Shown piece after piece: positions 44,765 to 54,360 of a stretch of DNA of 64,000 nucleotides. The notes beneath the pieces are model-generated. The model was not told where the DNA came from, did not search any database, and saw nothing but the letters and a program-made list of their open reading frames with translations. Source of the DNA: an uncultured Gemmatimonadales bacterium (GTDB lineage: Bacteria > Gemmatimonadota > Gemmatimonadetes > Gemmatimonadales > GWC2-71-9); assembly GCA_963739455.1 (NCBI GenBank), contig CAVUAK010000001.1, positions 2,304,001 through 2,368,000 of the forward strand, read 5' to 3'. Position 1 is the stretch's first letter; every line of letters starts with the position of its first letter. Position numbers and translations under genes: made by a program.

Positions 44765-44793
44765 TTGACTGGGGGGATGGGCGGGTCTAACTT
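44765..44793 (+). promoter_or_regulatory. Sigma70-type promoter of tRNA-Ser
   Basis: TTGACT-17 nt-TAACTT, about 20 nt upstream of the tRNA. Confidence 0.7.
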
Positions 44794-44812
44794 CTTCCCC
44801 CGCAACAACCTT

Positions 44813-44901
44813 GGACAGGTGGCCGAGTGGCTCAAGGCGCACGCCTGGAAAGTGTGTATACGGCTCAAACCGTATCGAGGGTTCGAATCCCTCCCTGTCC
44901 G
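44813..44901 (+). tRNA. tRNA-Ser (GGA)
   Basis: Acceptor GGACAGG/CCTGTCC, anticodon arm CACGC-CTGGAAA-GTGTG, long variable arm, GGTTCGAATCC. Confidence 0.96.
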
Positions 44902-44906
44902 TGATG

Positions 44907-44951
44907 GAAGACGTGAAGGCGTGAGGACGTGAAGACCAAGGACGTGAGGAC
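44907..44951 (+). repeat. 8-mer array GARGRCGT
   Basis: GAAGACGT GAAGGCGT GAGGACGT GAAGACCA AGGACGT GAGGAC. Confidence 0.75.
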
Positions 44952-45761
44952 TTGAACGAAAAAATCCCGCGTCCTTATCCCTTGCCGTTGCTGGATGACG
45001 AAGGCGCTGATGCTCCGGAGTTACTGCACCTGGATGGTGTGGAGCATCCGGCGCTGGGTGGGGGACGCGACGTCATTGTGGCGCTGCCGCCGGCCGCGGT
45101 GCGGATCCCGGGGCGGCGTTTTCGTGTGCTCTATATGCACGATGGCCAGAACCTGTTCGACCCGGAGACGAGCTTCGCCGGGGACTGGCAGCTAGGGCCG
45201 ACGCTGGCGCACCATGCGCGACTCGGCCGGCACGCGATCGTCGTGGCGGTGCCGAACGGGCGGGAGCGGCGGGTCAACGAATACACGCCGTTCGAGGACA
45301 CGGTGCGGGGCGGCGGTGCCGCCGACGCGTACCTCACCTTCCTTGCCGATGTGCTCAAGCCGTTGATCGACTCCCATTTTCCCACGCTGCCGGGGCGGGA
45401 ATTCACGTCGATCGCGGGGAGCTCGCTGGGCGGACTGCTGAGCATCTACGCGCACTTCCGGCGCCCGGATATCTTCGGGGCGTCGGCGGTGCTGAGCCCC
45501 GCGCTCTGGTTCGCCGACGGGGCAATCCATCGGTACATTACCGACGCACCAGCGGTCGGTGGCCGGATTTATCTCGATGTCGGCATCGAGGAAGGCCCCG
45601 ACGAACTGGCGGATGTGCGCCGGCTCCGCGACCAGCTGGTCGCGCGTGGCTACCGTCTGGACGACACCCTGCGCTATGTCGAGGAAGAGGGCGCCGACCA
45701 CCATGAGTCACGGTGGGGCGGCCGCTTCCGCGATGCGCTTCCGTTCCTCCTGGGGACCTGA
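44952..45761 (+). CDS. Alpha/beta hydrolase (putative esterase)
   Basis: VLYMHDGQNLFD, GSSLGG nucleophile elbow, H.E..W. Confidence 0.88.
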   Translation: MNEKIPRPYPLPLLDDEGADAPELLHLDGVEHPALGGGRDVIVALPPAAVRIPGRRFRVLYMHDGQNLFDPETSFAGDWQLGPTLAHHARLGRHAIVVAVPNGRERRVNEYTPFEDTVRGGGAADAYLTFLADVLKPLIDSHFPTLPGREFTSIAGSSLGGLLSIYAHFRRPDIFGASAVLSPALWFADGAIHRYITDAPAVGGRIYLDVGIEEGPDELADVRRLRDQLVARGYRLDDTLRYVEEEGADHHESRWGGRFRDALPFLLGT

Positions 45762-45767
45762 CCTCAC

Positions 45768-46488
45768 GTGCTTCACGAGCATCACCACTGGCACAGCTCG
45801 CAGCTCGAACCGCGAGATGCACCTCGACGTGTGGGGCCACGCCGGCGCGCGGGTCATCGTGTTCCCCACGACGATGGGGACGTGGCGCGAGTGGCCCGAC
45901 CGGCGGATGCCGGAGGTGCTCTCGGAGCACCTCGAGAACGGCTGGATCCAGATGTACTTCCTGGACCAGGTGCACGACGAGAGCTGGTACGGAAAGCAGC
46001 TGCACCCGGGCGCCCGGGCGTGGCGCCACCTGCAGTACGACGCGTATGTGCACCAGGAAGTGCTGCCGTTCTCGCAGTCGCGGAACAGCAACCCATTCGT
46101 GATCGCGACCGGGGCGAGCTTCGGCGCATACCACGCGGCGACGTTCGCGTTCCGTCACCCGGAAGCGGTGAACCGGATGATCGGGATGAGCGGGCTCTAC
46201 GACGTGAAGCACATGACGGACGGGTACTCGGACGCGAACGTGTACGCGGCCAACCCGTTCGACTTCATCCGGCACGAATGGGAGGCCTCGCGGCTCGAGG
46301 CGCTCCGTCGCATGGACATCATCTTCGCGATCGGCCGGGGCGACCCATCCTACCAGAACAACGTCGATTTCTCCGCGATGCTGTGGGACAAGGGGATCGG
46401 GAATGCGCTCCGGGTGTGGGACGGTCATGCGCATGACTGGCCGTATTGGGAAAAGATGATCAAGACGTATATAGGCGGGAGCGACTAG
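45768..46488 (+). CDS. Esterase family alpha/beta hydrolase (frameshift ~45808)
   Basis: GHAG..VIVFPT, GASFGAYHA, HDWPYW. Confidence 0.85.
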
Positions 46489-46491
46489 GCG

Positions 46492-46576
46492 CAGTCGGCA
46501 GTCGTCGACGTAAGTCGACAGTCGTGAGCTGATTCGCCGATGGCTGACGACTCCCTGACGACTGCCGACTGACGAC
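46492..46576. repeat. Inverted heptamer-repeat element, empty
   Basis: CAGTCGG CAGTCGT..CAGTCGT GAGCTG ... ACGACTC..ACGACTG CCGACTG ACGAC. Confidence 0.82.
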
Positions 46577-46593
46577 CATTGGAGACATGAGCA

Positions 46594-47536
46594 ATGAGTG
46601 AACCGATCAAGGTCGGATTGATGGTAGGCCGCGAGTGGTCCTTCCCACCGGCATTCATCGCCGAAGTAGCAAAGCGCGATGCCGGCGTGGTGGTCGAGTA
46701 CGTCAAGCTCGGCGCGCCGAGGATGGACGGTCCGTGTCCGTGGCGGGTGATCATCGACCGGATCTCGCATGAAGTGCCGATGTACCGCTCGTTCCTGAAG
46801 CAGGCGGTGCTGCAGGGCACGACGGTGGTGAACAATCCCGTTCATGTGGACCGCGGACGACAAGTTCTTCGGTGCCGCGCTGGCGACGTCGCTCGGCATT
46901 GCGCACCCGAAGACGGTGGTGCTGCCGAACAAGGCGTACGTCGCGGGGATCAAGCACGACGAGAGCCTGCGCAACCTGGAGTATCCGCTCGACTGGGACG
47001 CGATCGTGAAGCACATCGGGCTGCCGTGCGTGCTCAAGGATGCGCATGGCGGCGGGTGGCGCGACGTGTACATCTGCAAGACCAAGGACGAGCTGATCCG
47101 CGACTACGACCAGTCGGGGCTCCTGAGCATGGTGCTGCAGGAGTTCGTGCACTGGGAGCAGTTCATCCGCTGCATGTGCCTGGGGCAGCAGGACATCCTG
47201 CCGATGAAGTACGACCCGCGGGAGCGGAAGTACATCGTGGAGGAGGGGCACCTGGCACCGGCGCTCCACGACCGGATCGTGAAGGACTCGCTGACGCTGG
47301 TGCAGGCGCTGGGCTACGACATGAACTCGATCGAATGGGCAGTGAAGGATGGGGTGCCGTACGCGATCGACTTCATGAACCCGGCGCCGGACATGGACAT
47401 CAACAGCCTCACGCCGGAGTACTTCCAGTGGGTGGTGACGCACATGGCGGACATGGTGATCCGCCTGGCGAAGGAGCCGCCGCGGGCGGCGCCGAAGCGC
47501 TGGAACCAGTTCCTCGGCGGGCGGGTAGCGCGCTGA
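46594..47536 (+). CDS. ATP-grasp protein (RimK/glutathione synthase-like; frameshift ~46840)
   Basis: VIIDRISH, VVNNPF..DDKFF, LKDAHGGGW, LQEF, AIDFMNPAPD. Confidence 0.85.
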
Positions 47537-47552
47537 GCCGGAGCGCACGCAG

Positions 47553-48914
47553 GTGACGCCCGAGCTCGGGGACGCGATCGCGCGCTATCACGATGGCCTG
47601 ACGCCGGCACTCGCGGAAGAGTCGGAGGCGTGGCTGTCGGCGCGACTGGCCGACCGGAAGATGATGTTCGGGTCGCGCCCGCTCTGCACGGTGGTGCGCC
47701 CGCGCTTCCTGACGCGTGACGCCTACCGGCAGATCCAGCAGGCGGGTGCGGCCATCGGCCGGGCGTTCACGCGGGCGCACGAGGCGGCGATGGCGCGTCC
47801 CGACGTGCTGGCGCAGTTCCGGCTCACCGACTGGGAAAAGACGCTGCTGGGCGATGATGACGGCCTGCCGGTGCCGAGTCCGCTGGGCCGCTACGATGCG
47901 TTCTTCGCGGAAGACGGGGCGGGGCTCAAGTTCACCGAGAACAACGCGGAGACGCCGGCTGGCTCGGCGTATGGTGACGTGCTGAGCGAGTTGTTCCTGG
48001 CACTGCCGGGGCTCAAGCCGTTCCGCCGGCACTACGATGTGCGCTCCCTGCCGAGCCGGCCGTCGGTGCTGCAGACACTGCTGGAATGTTTCCATGCGGC
48101 GACGGGGCGGCGCGACCTGCCGGTGATCGGGATCATCGACTGGCACGAGGTACCGACGCAGAGCGAGTTCCAGGCATTCAAGGCGTGGTTCGAGTCGCTC
48201 GGCTTCACGTGCGTGATCGCCGACCCACGCGAGCTGGAGTACAGCGGCGGGAAGCTCCGGGCCGGCGGCACGGTGATCGACCTGATCTACAAGCGGGTGC
48301 TGATCCACGAGCTGGTGGGGCGCGAGGGGATGGATCACCCGATGGTGCGGGCGGTGCGGGAGCGGGCGGTGGTGATGGTGAACCCGTTCCGCTGCAAGGT
48401 GCTCCACAAGAAGGCGAGCCTGGCGGTGCTGAGCGACGAGCGGAACGCGGCGCTGTTCGATGCACCGATGCAGCAGGCGATCGCGGCGCACATTCCGTGG
48501 ACGCGGGTGGTGGAAGCGCGGACGACGACGTGGCGGGGCAAGGACGTGGACCTGCTGGACCATGTCGCGCGGCATCGCGCGCAGTTCGTGCTGAAGCCGA
48601 ACGACGACTACGGCGGCACGGGGATCGTGCTCGGCTGGGAAGTCGATGACGCGGTATGGGCGCGGGCGCTCGCGGCCGCGATCGAGGCGCCGTCGGTGGT
48701 GCAGGAGCGAATTCACCAGCCGAGCGAGGCTTTTGGGGCCTGGATCGATGGTGAACTAGTCGTCAGTGACAGGATCGTGGACACGGCACCGTACGTCTTT
48801 GGTGGTGCCTATGTTGATGGATGCCTTAGCAGGATCTCCACGGCTGCGTTGGTCAATGTCACCGCGGGCGGTGGGAGCACGATTCCTACTTTTGTCGTTG
48901 AGAGTCGGCAGTAG
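47553..48914 (+). CDS. Circularly permuted ATP-grasp / glutathionylspermidine synthase-like ligase
   Basis: GRYD, ENNAETPAG, IYKR, LKPNDDYGG.G..G, VQE, NVTAGG. Confidence 0.78.
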   Translation: MTPELGDAIARYHDGLTPALAEESEAWLSARLADRKMMFGSRPLCTVVRPRFLTRDAYRQIQQAGAAIGRAFTRAHEAAMARPDVLAQFRLTDWEKTLLGDDDGLPVPSPLGRYDAFFAEDGAGLKFTENNAETPAGSAYGDVLSELFLALPGLKPFRRHYDVRSLPSRPSVLQTLLECFHAATGRRDLPVIGIIDWHEVPTQSEFQAFKAWFESLGFTCVIADPRELEYSGGKLRAGGTVIDLIYKRVLIHELVGREGMDHPMVRAVRERAVVMVNPFRCKVLHKKASLAVLSDERNAALFDAPMQQAIAAHIPWTRVVEARTTTWRGKDVDLLDHVARHRAQFVLKPNDDYGGTGIVLGWEVDDAVWARALAAAIEAPSVVQERIHQPSEAFGAWIDGELVVSDRIVDTAPYVFGGAYVDGCLSRISTAALVNVTAGGGSTIPTFVVESRQ

Positions 48915-49456
48915 GGTCGTCAGTCGGCAGAGGGTCGTCAGTCGTCAGTCGTCAGTCGTCAGTGAGTCGACAGTCGTCAGCTGCCCGGTGAGAGTGATTG
49001 GTTCCGTGCGAGGGCGTGCAGCATCCGGCTGATTTCGTCGATCCGCTGGTCCATCAGTTGATGGTCAGATTGGCTGATGAGGTCGAGCTCTCGCGCAATG
49101 TAGCACTTGGGCACGGAGTTCGTGCAGCGAGCCTCGCGCAATGAGGATGAAGCGCTGGAATTCGGCCGGGGTGCCACGGCCGGAGCCCTCAGCGATATTT
49201 GAGACGACGGATACGGCGGCACGGCGGCACTGGGCGGTAAGACCAAACATCTCGCCTCGCGGGAAGCGTGCCAGTGACCCGATACAACTCCACGACCATT
49301 CGAGTCGAGAGTTGCCAGACCTTCAGGCGGCGGAAATCTCCCATGGGGCACAGTAGCGAACGGAACGATCGCAGTGCACACCGGGGGGCCGCTATGCGGT
49401 GCCTTTTCTCGCGACTCACGACTCTCTCACGACTGACGACTGTCGACTGCCGACTC
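48902..49456. mobile_element. Candidate heptamer-arm cassette carrying a four-helix-bundle gene
   Basis: Left arm (CAGTCGT)n 48902-48983, right arm (ACGACTS)n 49404-49456, 11-bp terminal inverted repeat GAGTCGGCAGT; mobility itself is inferred. Confidence 0.5.
48977..49344 (-). CDS. Four helix bundle protein (23S rRNA IVS-protein-like family); two frameshifts (~49262, ~49105), error or pseudogene
   Basis: FRRLKVWQ..YRVT, E.FGLTAQCRRAAVSVVSNIAEGSGR, F..IARGSL.E, RML..L. Confidence 0.9.
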
Positions 49457-49458
49457 CC

Positions 49459-50579
49459 ATGAAACCACCATCGCTGACCATCGGCATCGAAGAGGAATAC
49501 CAGATCATCGATCCCGACACCCGGGAGCTCAAGAGCTACATCACGGAGATCCTGAAGGAAGACTCCATGGTGCTGGGCGAGGTGAAGCCGGAACTGCACC
49601 AGTCGATGGTGGAGGTGGGCACGAAGGTGTGCCACACGCCGGCCGAGGTGCGGGCGGAACTGGTCCGGCTCCGCGGCCTGGTGATGGGGCTCGCGGGGAA
49701 GAACGGCCTGCGTATCGCCGCGGCCGGGACGCACCCGTTCTCGTCGTGGATGACGCAGGAGATCACGCCGCTCGAGCGCTATGCCGGCGTGCAGGAGGAC
49801 ATGCAGGACCTGGCGCAGCAGCTGCTGATCTTCGGCACGCACGTCCACATCGGCATCGAGGACCGGGAGTTCCTGATCGACTGCATGAACGTGGTGCGCT
49901 ACATGCTGCCGCACGTGCTGGCGCTGTCGACGAGCTCGCCGTTCTGGCTGGGGCGGCAAACGGGGCTGAAGTCGTACCGGAGCGTCGTCTTCCGGAACTT
50001 CCCGCGCACCGGGCTTCCGCCCACGATGGAGTCGTGGAACGAGTTCTCCACGCTGGTGGACGGGATGGTCAGCACCAACTGCATCCCGAACGCGTCCAAG
50101 ATCTGGTGGGACGTGCGGCCGAGCTGGAGCTACCCGACGCTCGAGTTCCGCATCTGCGACGTGTGCACGCGGGTGGACGAGGCGGTGTGCATCGCGGCCA
50201 TCTTCCAGGCGATCATCGCCAAGCTGTGGAAGCTGCGGCGCGACAACATGACGTTCCGGCAGTACGGCGCCGGCGCTCATCGAGGAGAACAAGTGGCGCG
50301 CGGTGCGCTACGGCCTCGACGGCAAGCTGATCGACTTCGGGCAGCAGCGCGGAACTGCCGGCGCGCGACCTGATCCGCGAGCTGATCGAGTGGTTCATCG
50401 GCGACGTGGTGGACGAGCTGGGATCGCGGAAGGAAGTGGAGTACGCGTACAAGATCCTGGCGGAGGGGACGAGCGCCGACCGGCAGCTGCGGACGTTCCA
50501 GCAGACGGGGAACCTGCACTCGGTGGTGGACCAGCTGATCGCGGAGACGGAAGAAGGAGTCGTGAGTCGTCAGTCGTGA
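49459..50579 (+). CDS. Carboxylate-amine ligase (YbdK / GCS2 family; frameshifts ~50270, ~50350)
   Basis: [52 protein letters not shown]. Confidence 0.92.
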
Positions 50580-50604
50580 GTCGTGAGTCAGTCGTCAGTC
50601 GTCA
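50557..50604 (+). repeat. (SAGTCGT)n heptamer array
   Basis: Forms the VVSRQS-stop C-terminus of the ligase. Confidence 0.88.
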
Positions 50605-50627
50605 CTGTGAGAGGGCACCGAGCATAC

Positions 50628-51412
50628 ATGAGTCATTCCAAGCCATTGATCGGTGTGACGACGCAGTCGCTGCAGGCGGTGGAGGGGATTCCTCCAACGA
50701 TGCCGCCGTCGTGGATCATGAACCGCATGTACCTCGACGCGCTGGTGCGGGCGGGGGCGGCACCGGTGCTGCTGCCGCTGCTGGCGGACCAGCCGGCGGT
50801 GCTGCGGGAACTCTATGAGCGACTGGATGGCCTGCTGCTGCCGGGCGGGGTGGACATCGAGCCCTCGACCTTTGGCGAGGAGCGGCATGCGTTGCTGCGC
50901 CGACACGGACCCGCCGCGCGACGTGGTGGAACTGCAGCTCGCGCGCTGGGCGCTGGCGGACGGGATGCCGGTGCTGGGTCTCTGTCGCGGGCTGCAGATC
51001 CTGAACATCGCCGCGGGCGGGACGCTGTTCCAGGATGTCGCGGCGCAGCGGTACGGGTCGCAGAAGCACGACTATCGAGCCGCCGGAGCATACGCGCGAC
51101 TTCCTGGCGCACGAGGTGGAGCTGGTGCCGGGCTCGCGGCTGCATGCGCTGGTGGGTGCGTCGTCGGCACCGGTGAACAGCATGCATCACCAGGGGATCC
51201 AGCGGCTGGGTTCCGGTCTCGCCGCCACGGCGCATGCGCCCGACGGGCTGATCGAGGCGATCGAGGGATCGGGCGAAGGCTTCGCGCTCGGGGTGCAGTG
51301 GCACCCGGAATCGCTGGAGCCACACGACGACACATCCCGGGCACTGTTCCGGGAGTTCGTGGCGGCAACCCTCGAACCGATGCGGGGTACGAGAAGGCCA
51401 ATCAGCGGGTAG
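50628..51412 (+). CDS. Gamma-glutamyl-gamma-aminobutyrate hydrolase family (peptidase C26; frameshifted)
   Basis: [30 protein letters not shown]. Confidence 0.9.
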
Positions 51413-51447
51413 TCCCCTTCATTCTCCACACCAACCCGAGGCTTCGC

Positions 51448-52803
51448 ATGCGCGCACTGGCTGTCCTACTCCTGGCGTCGCTCGCGATCGGGACACCGGC
51501 GACGGCGCAGGTCCTGACGTCCCCGCCCAAGGGCATCATCCTCCCCAACTACGACATGGTGCGAATCGGCCAGACTGAAGCGATCGAGTCGGGCGCCGTC
51601 GTCGCGCGCGCCACCGGTCCGCTGGCGAACGTCTACAACCCGGCCGGCCTTGCCGCCGCCGACAAGACGGCAATCAACGGCAGCTCCACCGGCTACCAGG
51701 CGGTAACCCTCGGTCTCGAGGGCGTGGGCAAGAATGTCGGGAGCAGCCGCATCTCGAACCTCGGCGGATTCCTGGGCGCCGTCATCGCCAACCCCGTGAT
51801 CAAGTCGAGCAAGTGGCGGCTGGGCTTCTCCATCTTCTCGCCGCTCGGCTGGGAGCCGGGCACGCTGTCAGGCGCCGTGGCGGCGCAAGTCTCCGGGCAG
51901 GACGCGACGCTGGATTACCGCACACAGGTGCGGCTGCGGGCGCAGATCCCGTCGGTGGCGGCCGGCATCAACGTTTCCAAGTCGTTTCGCCTTGGCGTTG
52001 GCTTCCAGGTTCCCATCGTGAGCATCCAGCAGGAGCAGCAGACGACCTTCCTGGCGAGTGATGCGAATGAGGCCTCGACGGTGACGCGAGCATTCGCCGT
52101 GGACGGAAGCACCTGGCTGGTGCGCGGCACGCTGGGCGCGCAGTGGGATGTGTCATCGAAGCTGTCGCTGGGCCTGATGGCCGAGACGGCTACGGCCCGC
52201 CTGTGGGGCAGCAGCTTCTATTCCGACCAGGTCACGACGGCATTTGGCACGGGATTCGAGGCACTGAACTTCCGCGACCCGAATGCCCGGCTGGAGTACA
52301 AGCTCCCGTTCCTGTTGTCGGGCGGGGCGGCGCTGAGGCTGGGCAAGGTGCAGCTGGAGGCGGACGCGCGCTGGTACGGCAAGGTGAACGAGTTCGACAT
52401 GTACACCAGCGACAGCACCGGGATCGGGTTGCGCCAGATGGATGGAGGAGTGCCGGAGCATTCGCCAGTACTGCTGGCACCGGTGACGATGACGTTCACG
52501 TCGGTGGTCAACCTGGCGATCGGTGCCAGCATTCCGGTGTCCAAGAGCTGGCAGCTGCACCTCGGTTTCAGCACCGACCAGTCGCCCCTGCCGGACACGG
52601 AGCAAATGTTCCGCAAGGTGAGCCTTATTGGTGCAACGGCGGGCGTGTCGTTCAAGGCGGCGCGGTTGTCGGGGGCCTTTGGCCTGGGATTGCAGACCGG
52701 CAAGTCGCCGACGACGGTGGTGGGCATCTCGCCCACAGAGGTCGACACCAAGCTGACGGTGAAGACGTTCCAGCTGCTGTACTCGATCGCGTATACGTTC
52801 TAG
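51448..52803 (+). CDS. Outer membrane beta-barrel protein (OmpP1/FadL-like)
   Basis: Signal peptide, YNPAGL motif, C-terminal YSIAYTF. Confidence 0.72.
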   Translation: MRALAVLLLASLAIGTPATAQVLTSPPKGIILPNYDMVRIGQTEAIESGAVVARATGPLANVYNPAGLAAADKTAINGSSTGYQAVTLGLEGVGKNVGSSRISNLGGFLGAVIANPVIKSSKWRLGFSIFSPLGWEPGTLSGAVAAQVSGQDATLDYRTQVRLRAQIPSVAAGINVSKSFRLGVGFQVPIVSIQQEQQTTFLASDANEASTVTRAFAVDGSTWLVRGTLGAQWDVSSKLSLGLMAETATARLWGSSFYSDQVTTAFGTGFEALNFRDPNARLEYKLPFLLSGGAALRLGKVQLEADARWYGKVNEFDMYTSDSTGIGLRQMDGGVPEHSPVLLAPVTMTFTSVVNLAIGASIPVSKSWQLHLGFSTDQSPLPDTEQMFRKVSLIGATAGVSFKAARLSGAFGLGLQTGKSPTTVVGISPTEVDTKLTVKTFQLLYSIAYTF

Positions 52804-52856
52804 GAACTGCGGGAACGGCACAGCGGGACAGGGAACAGGCAACAGGGAACAGGGAA
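52803..52856 (+). repeat. GGGAACA array with GAACTGCGGGAAC leader
   Basis: Directly after the TAG stop. Confidence 0.75.
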
Positions 52857-52949
52857 TTGACGCGCCGGGCCTGAACGCCCCACCTTCAGGGGTTCAGCAC
52901 CGCGGGTTCGATCCGCTCTTCCCCATTCCAATTGCCTGGACCCTTCCCC

Positions 52950-54305
52950 ATGCGCCTCCTGGCTGTGGCCCTGCTGGCGGTATGCTCGATCGCCTCGAGA
53001 CTCTCGGCGCAGATCCTGACCGCACCGCCTGAGGGGATCATCATCCCCAACTACGACCTCGTCCGCATCGGACAAACCGAGGCACTGGAGTCGGGTGCGG
53101 TGGTGGCGCGCGCGCGCGGGCCACTCGCCAACGTCTACAACCCCGCGGGTCTTGCCTCGGCAGTGAGTACGGAGATCAACGGCAGCTCGACGGGGTTCCA
53201 GCTGACCTCGCTCGGCCTCAAGGGTGTGGGTCCCGATGTCTCCAGCAGCCGCATCGTGAACCTGGGTGGCTTCCTTGGTGTAGTCATTGCCAACCCGGTC
53301 ATCAAGACGACGAAGTGGCGGCTCGGCTTCTCGGTGTTCTCACCACTGGGATGGGAGCCGGGGATTCTCTCCGGCGCGGAGGCCGGCGCCGTAGCAGGAC
53401 AGCAACTCGCGCTCGACTACCGGACGCAGGTCCGGCTGAGGGCACAGATCCCCTCCATCGCCGCCGGGCTCAACGTGTCGAAGCGTTTCCGGGTCGGCGC
53501 CGGGTTTCAGGTGCCGATCGTCAACGTCCTGCAGCAGCAGCAGAGCACGTCGCTGTCGTACGATGCCACCGAGGCGGCGACGATCACGCGCACGTTCGCG
53601 GCAGACGGCAACGTCTGGCTGGTCCGGCTGATCGGCGGGGTGCAGTGGGACCCGATCCCGGCGGTGTCGCTCGGGCTCACCGCAGAAACCGGCACGGCAC
53701 GGTTGTGGGGAAGCAGTTTCTACAGCGACCAGCTGAACACCGCGTCCGGGAATGGCTTCACGACACTGAGCTTCCGGGACCCGAGCGCGCGGATGGACTA
53801 CAAGCTTCCGTTCGCGCTCAAGGGTGGCGTGGCGGCGAGAATCGGCAAGGTGGAGGTCGAGGCCAACGTCCGCTGGTACTCGAGCATCGGCGCATTCGAC
53901 CTGTACCGCAGTGACAGCGTCGGGATCGCACTGTCGCAGCAGGCAGGCGGCACGCCGGAGACCGATGCCGTCGTCCTCCCGCCAGTGACGCAGGCGTTTC
54001 GCTCGGCGGTGAACCTTGCCTTCGGCATGCGCATTCCACTTACGCGAAGCTGGCAGCTGCACCTGGGTGTCAACAGCGACCAGTCGCCGCTGTCGGACCC
54101 GGACCAGTTGTTCCGCCAGGTGACGTTCGTCGGCGGGACGGCTGGGTTGTCGTTCACGGTGGGGAGCCTGTCCGGCGCAGTAGGGCTCGGGTTCCAGACG
54201 GGTGCATCCCCGACGACGCAGATCAGCATTCCTCCGGCGACGGTGGATGTCGGCCTCACCGTCCGGACGTTCCAGTTGCTGTATTCGATTGCGTACACGT
54301 TTTGA
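52950..54305 (+). CDS. Outer membrane beta-barrel protein (OmpP1/FadL-like), paralog
   Basis: Colinear with the previous gene; YNPAGL; C-terminal YSIAYTF. Confidence 0.72.
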   Translation: MRLLAVALLAVCSIASRLSAQILTAPPEGIIIPNYDLVRIGQTEALESGAVVARARGPLANVYNPAGLASAVSTEINGSSTGFQLTSLGLKGVGPDVSSSRIVNLGGFLGVVIANPVIKTTKWRLGFSVFSPLGWEPGILSGAEAGAVAGQQLALDYRTQVRLRAQIPSIAAGLNVSKRFRVGAGFQVPIVNVLQQQQSTSLSYDATEAATITRTFAADGNVWLVRLIGGVQWDPIPAVSLGLTAETGTARLWGSSFYSDQLNTASGNGFTTLSFRDPSARMDYKLPFALKGGVAARIGKVEVEANVRWYSSIGAFDLYRSDSVGIALSQQAGGTPETDAVVLPPVTQAFRSAVNLAFGMRIPLTRSWQLHLGVNSDQSPLSDPDQLFRQVTFVGGTAGLSFTVGSLSGAVGLGFQTGASPTTQISIPPATVDVGLTVRTFQLLYSIAYTF

Positions 54306-54308
54306 AGA

Positions 54309-54346
54309 CGGCGGGTAGGGCGGGTAAGGCGGGTAAGGCGGGTAGG
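54309..54346 (+). repeat. 9-mer array GGCGGGTAR x4
   Basis: Directly after the stop codon. Confidence 0.85.
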
Positions 54347-54360
54347 CAACAGAGAGGCAC

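Noticed and set aside
24412..44901. tRNA-anchored genomic island with attL/attR (28 identical nt at the 3' ends of the two tRNA-Ser genes)
   Set aside because: Both are complete tRNAs with different anticodons and their own promoter-like motifs; no integrase or phage genes lie between them.
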